A stretch of DNA of 63,056 nucleotides, filler included, from Sluysia triapertura (taxonomy: Eukaryota): NCBI GenBank assembly GCA_046118255.1. It is 5 parts of 5 records of this genome, joined end to end, with 100 filler letters (N's around TTAATTAATTAA, not from the genome) between each part and the next. Parts side by side here need not be neighbours in the genome. Positions count along the whole stretch, not along the records: positions 1 to 14,174 come from JBJNIA010004335.1; 4 more parts are not named here. One strand, written 5' to 3'. The notes beneath the pieces were generated by a model that saw only the letters and a program-made list of their open reading frames with translations, was not told the origin of the DNA and did not search any database. This document shows positions 1 through 9,871 of the stretch, piece by piece; within the stretch, counting starts at the first letter, position 1, and each line of letters begins with the position of its first letter. The position numbers and the translations under genes were made by a program.

Positions 1-759
1 TATATAATTGGTGCTCACAAAAGTACCAACTTAGACATGTTATTGAAATCTACGTTCTACGTAGGGTTGACACATGACGTATTATATAAAAAAGAAATTT
101 GATATTTGATTAGTTTTATGTTTATTTTAAGTTGTTATATTATGTTCCTAACAAAATATTAGTGTAATAGTGATATTAAATCTTGATTGAGTTTGTTAAA
201 AAGTTAAGAAGATTTTTCCCAAATCCTATTATCTTTGGGTAATTTCAGGAGATAATATAATTGGAAGCCGACGAAAATTTCTACTGAAATTTAATTATTG
301 AAATAGGTCAGCTTATGACTGACTGCGAGAATGAATAACGATATGAAGTAATTATTTCCATGCTTCCATTTTTAATCTCCCAAGCAATTACCCAACTACT
401 ATAGATTATTCTTAATTGACTTTCAAGAAATTTTGTGACGAAATATTTTTCAAAAAGTGAATTACAAATTTTAAAATGATGTATTCACATTGCCTTTGTA
501 AACACACGCACAATAATTTTATCTAACTAACTTTGTATCGAACATTCAATATTTACCCAAGTGAAATTACGAGGAATTCAAATCTTCTACAGACATTATC
601 TTATTTATTTCATCGTTAGTTTAATTTGTATAAGTCTTTTGCAATATTTAAAATTGCATTTATAAAATACACGTAAATCCATTTCATTAAACTTTACAAC
701 TACTGTTTAAGTAAAGTAACTCAGTAATATTTTATTTTAAAAATAAAAATATAATAACC

Positions 760-1900
760 CAATAACAAACACATTAAAAATAATCCATTTAATACTTTCG
801 AACTCCTTATGTTATACTACACTTTAACAATTAATACCTAATATTTAATAACATTTATTCAATAATTTATTTGCTTAAACCTAATCACAATCATAAACTC
901 TTAACACAAACCACAAGTACATTTAATATAATTCCACAACACTAATAAATCTACTTGAAACGCATAAGATACATAATTCACATCTTCGAATCAATTATAA
1001 CGTCCCAAATGCACTATTCACCTATGCATAATCATGATCAACACAGTACAACACCAATAACATCAAAAAAATTAACAGAACAAAACATAGCATAATAACA
1101 TCTTAAATATGCGTATTGCAATTGTTCTTTTAGATTCATTAAATTACAACCCTCTCAATAAGCCTTTTAACCATGATATTTCAATACATAAATCTTGTTT
1201 TCAAATATAAACTTCAATCAATATCGAAGAATTTATTCTAACATTCTTTATTTCACTTCAAGACTCATATCAATTACTATATCTTCAAAGGTTAAATATA
1301 TTTCAATTTATCAATTCTTTCCAAACAATTCTTACTCAGTAATTTAGTTTCAAATACATTTTAATTCATTTTAACATGCTAAAACTTTTCAAGAATTTAA
1401 GGCAAATCGTATACAATTTTGAAGAATTCAATTTTATATAATGAAGTAACAACGATAACTCGAGCATAGTACACCCTGTTATCGTTGCAGTTTCATTCAG
1501 TTTTGTCAATTTTTATATTTTATTTTTATTCTTTATATGTTAAGAAGGTTTAATATTAAGAATAGGAAGATCGTGTAATTTTATTTAAAAGAGATTTATG
1601 CGGTTTTCTTATATTTATTTATTTTTGTTAATAATAATAATATTATTATTATCATTATTATTATTACCAATTATTAAATTAATTATTATAAAATTTTTAT
1701 AATTCAAAAATAGTTCAAAGAGTTGCTGCCATCGTCAGTATTGATACTGCTCGTCAAAATCTTCATTATTGTGTCAATACTGATGATGGTCAATCATCAG
1801 CAAAGCGTTTTGTATGCCAGATATAATTTTCTGGCCATCATCCAATCAGGACCGATTTTACTCATTTATCTTTTTTAAAGCCCTGATTGATGACCAACCA
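760..1900 (+). mobile_element. Structured promoter cassette, copy A (5' terminus eroded)
   Basis: C/A-rich arm shares motifs with other copies (TTCGAATCAATTA ~986; TTCATTAAATTACAACCCTCTCA ~1135). Hairpin 1440-1497. TATGTTAAGAAGG..AAGATCGTGTAATT..TTTATGC at 1536-1601. AAT/ATT hairpin. 20-bp stem 1728-1790. Inverted CCAATCAGG/CCTGATTG 1842-1889. Confidence 0.8.
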
Positions 1901-1995
1901 AAGCAAAAAATTAAATAGGAAAACAAAAAATAAAAATATCAACTAAAAACAATATAACGCGATATTATATGTGAATAATACAAAACGATAATCAT

Positions 1996-3470
1996 ATGAG
2001 TTCATTTAATAAATCCTTCTCAAATTATAGTCATGTAAACGACTTTTTACTAGATAAAAGTAAACAAAAAAATAAAGCACCTTTAAATGAATTTAAAAAA
2101 GCGATAATAAATGTTAGTGATGGTATTCGTCAAGTTTGATAATTTGGAATTTGAAAATTTGATAAACAATGCAGCTATACCTAATGAAAAATTAATGGAA
2201 AATAGCTTATTGAATTCTATAGACAGCTCGTTATCTAATTCACTCAGCGAAAATGTTTCATGTGAAGACGACGTACATAATTTGTGATTATATAATAAAT
2301 ATGCTCAATAATGTGTACAAACTTGATGGTAGAATACTTCATGAGTATGTGAACAATATTCAGAGGCTCTTATGTATAAATGCACATTTCAACGATGTAC
2401 CTAGATATGAACATTATAACATTCTATCGAATATATCATTAGACCATCATATTAATAAATGCCTCAAAATTGCATTTGATGAAAAGGAATTTAGCGATGA
2501 AATTAAAGTGATTATTGTCGTAGACGAAATTTCTAAGACTATTAAAGACTACAGATTAACTTTTTGTTATAATAAAAATGATTGCAGTATTAAAATACTG
2601 AGAATTAATAGTTATGATGTCTCGAAATTAAAATTATTAGTTAAAATTATTATTGATCATAGTAAAATGCTATTACAATATGAATTATTAGTAATGTTCC
2701 TTATCCTATGAGACACTCAAGAGAAGCTCACTTAGTTTTGTATAAAGAATTCGGATCATGTTACGAAGGTTTCGCTTCTTGACCTAATCAAGATTTATTG
2801 AATATGATGATGTAATTTTCCGAAGTATTCTTCTTGATGCATATGCGTCTTTTGACGTCTTGATTAAATTTTTCAATGTGGACACGAACAAACATAATAG
2901 AAGTTTGTCTACAAACTCTCCATTTCTTAATGATCTTATAAAAAAGTTGCTAAAAGATCAATAGAATTGTTGGATCAAAAAAATGAACCATATTATTTAG
3001 TAACATCCTCGTGTTGGGACGATCACGAGTTTTTGCAACAGTTAGATGTGTTAATGTACCTATTTAAAAGCAATGGTTCTCCGAATTTATTAAGTATTCA
3101 CAGTCCGATTGGAGATTCAAGATCAATCAATGAAGCTAATTCAATGTTCAGCTTTACTATAATTCATATTTCAAGTGGAGTTCTCGTTCATAAACATGGC
3201 TTGGTAATACAGTATCCGCCAATTCAAGAGTATGTGAAATCAATAAAAAATTCGCATTGTTTCCAATTGAAGTAACCACTTTCGGAACGGAAATCCATTA
3301 TTAACAATGTCTACGCTTTCAACTTAACTGTTCATTGGTAAATTTTAATCATTTGTATATAATTCATTGTTTTATTACCTTAATTTTTTAGATTACAATT
3401 AAGATACAAGGACTTACGAAATTCCGCGTCGTGCAGTATATATTTTGAAAGACTCTAGTTCAAAAATTTT
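1996..3470 (+). pseudogene. Disrupted cargo gene of unknown function downstream of cassette A
   Basis: ATG at 1996, ~100 nt after the CCAAT pair. Coding-like segments (ORFs 2253-2711 and 2967-3275) are broken by stops/frameshifts. Candidate GT-AG intron 3338-3391. No family recognised. Confidence 0.55.
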
Positions 3471-3529
3471 AACGATCCAAATTACATTTTTATATTTCAA
3501 TATATGTTCTATAAAATAGTTTGTTTAAT

Positions 3530-4130
3530 TTAAGGCAATTTCAAGTATCGAAAATCAAACTTAGTTTAATCCTAAGAATGTATTATCCTATAACGTTAAA
3601 AATAGAATTTACATTAAATAAGCATAAAGATTTAAACTCCAGAAGTACGACTTTTAATAACACAACAAATTTAGGAATTTATACAAAAATTAAGCCTATT
3701 TGGAAAGTAGGTCAAATAGTAACAATACGCAATGGTTATCCGACTTACAAACACAACTTCTACCCAAAATGCTGTCTGACATTAAAAACAAAATCCAAAA
3801 ATACGAAGGAAGTTTCATGTAACACCTTTTCTTAAAGAAATACCTATAAAAGCGACGGTGGAATCCAAAATCATAATTATAATTTATAAATTCTTGCACT
3901 AAGAAACACTTGTATATCCCTTTGAAATTATAAAACAATTCGGAAACCAAAATGAATATGTCTTTAAGTATAAAAATTTATAAAGAATCCACAGTGATAA
4001 TAAGTTAACTGATGGGTTATGCACCTTTATGTATCCAAACAGATCCTGCAGAATGTTAAATTACTGGAAGATTATAAAATATTTAAGAAAAGGCAATTGC
4101 TTTCTATTTCAAAAATATTATAGTAAATGA
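3530..4130 (+). mobile_element. Decayed L2/CR1-type LINE ORF2 3' fragment
   Basis: HVTPFLKE..PIKA..E.KIIIIIYKFLH at ~3816-3900, matching the cleaner copy at 37476-37566; TTNLGIY upstream. Confidence 0.7.
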
Positions 4131-4382
4131 TTTATTTTAACCGTTTTTGAGTACTTATTTTGGTACAATATAAATTAATGTATCGGAATTCCTAGTAAAA
4201 TGTCTCGGGTTTGACGTCTCAATCTATTTTCCTTATTACTAATTTATATATGAGGGTTACTATTAAGATCATCTATATATTTAGGTTTCTCTGATACATT
4301 ATCATTATCGTTTCCCAGAGTATTAACATTTTCAAGTATTTTGACATATTTTCCATTAATTGTTTCATAAAATAATGTAGAC

Positions 4383-5340
4383 TGTGGTGGCCAACTTTTC
4401 ACTATTAACAAATTTTATTAAAATATTTTCTTCTTAATACAACAAAATCATATACACCTTCAAAATCTACAATTTGCATTCAAAAATTCATCACAAGCAT
4501 TTTTACACACAGTTCAATACTAACAACCAAAATCATATCCCATTATCATCACACAAATACCCTTTGAATGTACCAAAATTTAGACTATAATTTATCTGTA
4601 CATTCACTAAACCACAATCCACTCAATGTATCTTTAGGTTACAATCTCCTAATATCCAAACATTATGGCCAATCAGAACATTAACGTATATATAAAAACC
4701 CACATAAAACATTTATATTATTGTAAATACTTAAGTTCATCTTCAGTCAAAAACATTAATTGACATCAAAAAATTCATTTTAAACGTCCTACACAATATT
4801 GTACAGCATTAGAACTAGAATCGCATCTTAAAACATCAACTATATATTTAAAACTAATTTTCATTTAAAGATGTTTAGTTTTAAATAAATTTAAATATGT
4901 TAAGAAGCATTAAAGAATACAAGGAAAGAGTATGTTTTAAGTAATATAAAGACTTTGTGCATTTATAACAATAATAACAATAACCATAACATTGTTATTA
5001 TTATTATTAATATTATTTGTATTTTAATTTTCATTACTTTAATTTTAAATACGTCCAGAAATATTCAAAGAAATTAAAAGAAAGTTCTCGTAAGATGTAA
5101 GGAATTTATGTATTTACAACAATAATAACATAGTTATTATTATTATTATTATTATTATCATTTTTATTCATTTATTATTTCTAACTTCTAATTCTATTTC
5201 GATCACTATCAATGGTTACTATGTACAAATTCTTGTCACCATTGATAGTGGCTTGTCTCTCAATTTCATGCAATGTTGCGCTATTAATATCTGTCCAACC
5301 AGAGTGGTCACGTTTATCATTTCAATACCTCCGGTTGGAG
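4383..5340 (+). mobile_element. Structured promoter cassette, copy B (full length)
   Basis: Starts TGTGGTGGCCAAC (4383). C/A-rich arm; two motif+AAY/RTT hairpin units (~4895-5170); stem 5203-5251; inverted TCCAACCAGAG/CTCCGGTTGGA 5294-5339. Confidence 0.85.
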
Positions 5341-5425
5341 AAGCAATAAAAATTTCCGTTTTAAATATACTCATTAGTTGGTATTAAATAATAAAAATCT
5401 GAATTTCAAAAATATCATTAAAAAT

Positions 5426-5692
5426 ATGACTCAGTGATTTACTGCAATTTTATAATACAATTATGCAATGATGAATCTTTTAAAATACCGAGATAATAGT
5501 TAATTATCGCATGTGATTTTCGAGGTAAATAGTCAAAATTTCAATCTTCATAATTTGTCGTTATCAATATCTTCGGATTATTTCAAAAAATGTTGTAAAA
5601 CCAAATTACTTATTAAAATTAGTAATTGTCCACAATATATAGAAAACTTTAAGAAGATTGTTAATCTTATTCATGTTAAGGATGTTGACTAA
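5426..5692 (+). pseudogene. BTB/POZ domain fragment (cargo of cassette B)
   Basis: Manual translation: MMNLLKYRDNS*LSHVIFEVNSQNFNLHNLSLSISSDYFKKCC..IKISNC..ENFKKIVNLIH. Fits the BTB pattern (SDV.F.V....F..H...LS..SDYF); in-frame stops. Confidence 0.7.
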
Positions 5693-5829
5693 TCTGATTA
5701 AAACAGATTTAAAATTACAAATATTCAAAAATTATATTCAAAAATTAAAAGGAATTACAAATTATTAAAATATTTACATATTTTTAAAAATAAATTACAC
5801 TCAAAATTGTATATTTACATTGCAATGTC

Positions 5830-7200
5830 TGGAAATGGAAACAATCTGTGATGTAACAGTTGGTTCCGGCTTCAAAGGATCCTGTAATAGCCAATTAGTT
5901 TCATACAATGGTTTTATATTCCTAATTTTATAGTGACATTTGACATTATGATAGTAGGAGATTTATGGGTTCATCATTTACAATATTATTTTGTTACAGA
6001 ATATCATGAACACTGTGTCCGGTTCCTGAAAGTTCAAAACTGTATTTTGGAAATTAGCTTCATCAACTATCTATTCTTGTCTATCCTTACTGATAAGTCA
6101 CTTCTTAAATCCTTTTCCCCAATTTGTTGTATTTGTAATGTAAAAATTTTAGATTCTTATATATATTTCGATATTATAAAATCCATTTCGTTTTTAAATA
6201 GAGATTATTTAAATGTAGTTAATAATTTTGATATCAATAATCAAGTTTATTTTCATAGTAAAAGTTTAAATGACCACAGATTAATAAAACTTAAGCTAAA
6301 TTTATTTTGCATTTCGTAAATGACAGAAGGTTTCATTACTTTGTTATGGTTTCCCAAATGATAACCGTAATCGTTCAAAAATCATCGCGCACTAAATTAC
6401 TATCGTAAAACAATTTTACATCTATTATTGATTATATAAATAACTTCTGTTACTAATGCGGTACTGGTAATTACTTAAGAACTTTAGCTTATTCATTCAT
6501 TATTAAATTAACTTTCATTAAAACTTTGGATTCTTCGATCCTCTCGCTTTTAACTGACCTTTCTTAACAGTTTTCTAGCTTTATTTTATAAGGGATGTAT
6601 TTCCTAATAAGAATAACTAAGTTTGGTTTAATACTCTCGGAATTATATCTGAAATAAGTAACTTATCTACAATTTTGTCAATATCTTTGCTTCTGCAACG
6701 CCTTTCGTAAACCATCTTACTTGATGTTGATTCTATGATATTTAACTCTCTATCTTCATTAACTGAGATTATTATTGGCTCATCTTCACTTAAGTTGTTG
6801 GAATCTGTTATTTATTTATTCACGAATAATTTAGTTTGTTTCTTCATTATTTACTGTACTTGTTTTTCTTTTATCAAATAGGTTTACTTCTTTACATTTT
6901 TCTTTCTTATCCTTAATCCTCTTTTTTGATCATACAAATATTGTCTTCTTGTTTGTCCTATCCTCTCAGAATTTCTTCCAATTTTCTTTATTTTTCTAAT
7001 TATTGTAAATCCTCTCCTATTTCTACGTCCTGGTTAATTGCTTCAACCTATTTTCTCTTTTTTTATTCTTCCTTTTTCTTTAAGAAATTCAGGAAATAAT
7101 CTTATACATATTGAAATACTAAACTTGGTAAAATTAAAACGAAGAATCTGACTTTTTTACTTTATCCGATATATGTTACCTTTAAAAGGTTTGTTGTCAA
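5830..7200 (-). mobile_element. Decayed paralog of the post-Gag region of the LTR element at 9209-12560, including the ubiquitin-like segment
   Basis: Minus strand 6340-6625 reads ..KARKLLRKV..KVLMKVNLIMN..LPV..DVKLFYDSNLVRDD..NDYGY, aligning to KARKLLIKI..KELMKISIIIN..LPV..DVDLYFYDRKLLPNDYINDYGY of ORF 11860-12252. Outer limits approximate. Confidence 0.7.
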
Positions 7201-8345
7201 GTTCAAAAACAAAATCTTTCTGTCCGTTCAGTTTAAATTTTAATTTTTTATAATTTATCTTTTCTTAAAACTTTCCATTTCAGAAAAACATATTTAATTA
7301 CGCCAATACCAAATAAATGATAGAATCATTAAAACCCAAAAAGAGTACAAAATTATACATTAATATACAAGAATAACATTAAAGATATGGAATTAATAAA
7401 AAATATCAATTAAAGTTAGATCAAAAAAGTCATTATCGTCATATGTGAACCATTGTTTTTCTTCTCTTGTCTTCAGTATTAATTCACGGTAAATATTCTC
7501 TTGAGCAGCCATGTCCAACCCAAATTACTCTTCGGGCCAAAATTTAGAAATGTACAAGGCACTGGGTCGCCACTCACCTGAACAAAAAAATTTCAATTGT
7601 AGCGCACACTCCCGCTCAAATGAGATACATACACACAAATTAGCATATATACAGATATACACAAAAATATATAGGTATTTTAGTAAATTACAATAGATAT
7701 TTAATACGAAACTTATTTATTATCGATTATTAAAATTTAAATATTAATTTGTGTGATTTCCTTTTTTTGTTATCGAGCCGCACTTTGGACATGACTGATC
7801 TAGTAAGTCATTTTCTATTAAGGCTGTTTTAATCAATTTTAATTAAACCTTTTAATGCCCCATTTACTGATGGTTAAATAATTTCTCTACTAATTAATAT
7901 TTATAAAATTAAAGACCTTAACAAAGTTTTAATTTTAAATTGTTTTATTTTTATTTCTTTTACTCTAATTGCTGCTTTACTATTAAGAACAATTTGTTAA
8001 TAAAAGTTTAATTACATTAACATTTGTGTTTTGTTATTTAGTTCTTTGTAATCACTTTTTATAATCACTTTTTCAATATGTCGGAGTTGTGACGTGTTAA
8101 AGCATTGTAATTACGATAATATATTAAAAAATGAATTATTTGAATTTTCTGTATAATAAGTTTATTATATTAAGACTCTAACTTTATAGCAATTAAAATA
8201 TATACAGTACGTTGAAGAGTAAGAAAATCGAAAGTTACATTTCTCTTTTTGTTATTTTGTTACAGAATTGCCAACTTTATGTTGTAAGTCCTTTAATTTT
8301 ATTTTGCCGTAAATTAGGAGTTAAGAAACCCACAGCATCATATTA

Positions 8346-8346
<1 letters not shown>

Positions 8347-8412
<66 letters not shown>
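8347..8412. repeat. (ATT)n microsatellite
   Basis: Direct tandem ATT; produces the poly-Ile ORF 8212-8550. Confidence 0.95.
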
Positions 8413-9208
8413 GAAATTATTATATTATTATTAAGTAAAATTATTGTTGTAAAGCATAAAAATATCTTTCTGCCCTATAAAGTTGAATCACTTTGTTTTT
8501 ATGAATGTTTGGTCCTATACGTATTTAACTTCTTACTGATTCAACACTAATGCTTTTTATTTATTTATTTCCTATCGAATGTAGTTATTTTCATTAATGA
8601 CAATCAAAGTCATTTAAATAAGTTCTTGTTAGTTGAATATTTATTTGTACATATATTTGTATATTTGTTAGTTGCATATGACTTTACAAAGGTCTTTTTC
8701 AAATGAATTGGAACAAATTTGTGCTGTGGATGAAGTGGTTTCCGTAAAAGAGAACGATTTAAAACACAGAATTAAAGATAAAAGAGTATATAAAGTATTG
8801 AAATCAACACAATTCACAAAAAAATTTTAAGAACAAAAAATTTTTAAACAAAAAATTTTTGAACACAAGATTTGGTTAATATAAACTTTGTTGGATCAAT
8901 CTTTCAAGCCTCTTGGTAATTTTCACAATTTATTGGATGAATAACTATTTATCTATCAACATTTTTAACATTAACTGTACATGTTAGTTTATTTTTTGTT
9001 AAGGCAGATATTATTTAAGAAATATTGAAAAATACAGGTAAATTCATTAACTTATTTTAATTTTCGTGATCTTGTAATAGATCAATGCAAAATCTTTTTA
9101 AAAATTTCAGTGACATTTGAATTACATTTGGTAATTCTAGAAAAATCTTTATCATTATTATTTTATTATTATATTTTGTACATATAATAAACCTTCCTAA
9201 AAGAAACG

Positions 9209-9495
9209 TGTTGAGTTATGATATAACAGAAAAATAAAATAGTCCTTAATTAAAAAATAGAATAAAGAATCCTTATTATAGGATCCATGCAAAATCACTC
9301 TTAGATTAATAGGATAAGTTAAAATAATATTAACAAAGTTACCTCCAGGTTTTTAGTTAGGAAGTTGATTGAAGTTTTGAGATTTTAAAACACCTTTTCT
9401 TTACGTAAAAATCCAACGGCTGGTCCTCGCTGGTGAACTCACGATATTTTAAATAAACTTTATTCTATACGCTTGCTTCTCACATATAGAATAAA
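9209..9495 (+). mobile_element. Putative 5' LTR (~285 bp)
   Basis: Begins TGTTG; AATAAA at ~9452; directly followed by a PBS. Core AAAAATCCAACGG..TGGTGAACTCAC..ACTTTATTCTA recurs in the inverted copy at 47582-47872. Confidence 0.65.
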
Positions 9496-9496
9496 C

Positions 9497-9514
9497 TGGT
9501 GCCCAGAGTGAGGA
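9497..9514 (+). promoter_or_regulatory. Primer binding site, probably elongator tRNA-Met
   Basis: TGGTGCCCAGAGTGAGGA. Its reverse complement CCTCACTCTGGGCACCA resembles the 3' end of animal elongator tRNA-Met (..CCTCAC....GGCACCA). Lies between LTR and gag. Confidence 0.65.
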
Positions 9515-9871
9515 CCAGTACTTGCAGTAATATGTAAATAAGATATAAAATTTTGATTAAGAAGAAGCTTCTTTTTGAAGAATTTAACAAGATTTTTACG
9601 AAGAATTAAGAGGATTTTGAATTAAGAAGTATCATTATTGAATAATTAAGCACTCTTTGAAGAATATTATTAAGAATTTAAGAAGAATTATTGAATAATT
9701 TGCGAATTAAGTATTTTTGAATAATTATATTAAGATTTCACTAAGAATAAAATAAATTTAAGTAAAATCATAACTTCCTAAGTTAATTATTGACAGATTT
9801 AGTAAACTTTAAGAAAAATAGATAAGCAATTAGTACTTTCAGAATAATAAAGATCAAATTTAAGGAACTAC

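Noticed and set aside
8212-8550. Poly-Ile 'membrane protein' ORFs (also 50301-50585)
   Set aside because: Produced by (ATT)n microsatellites.
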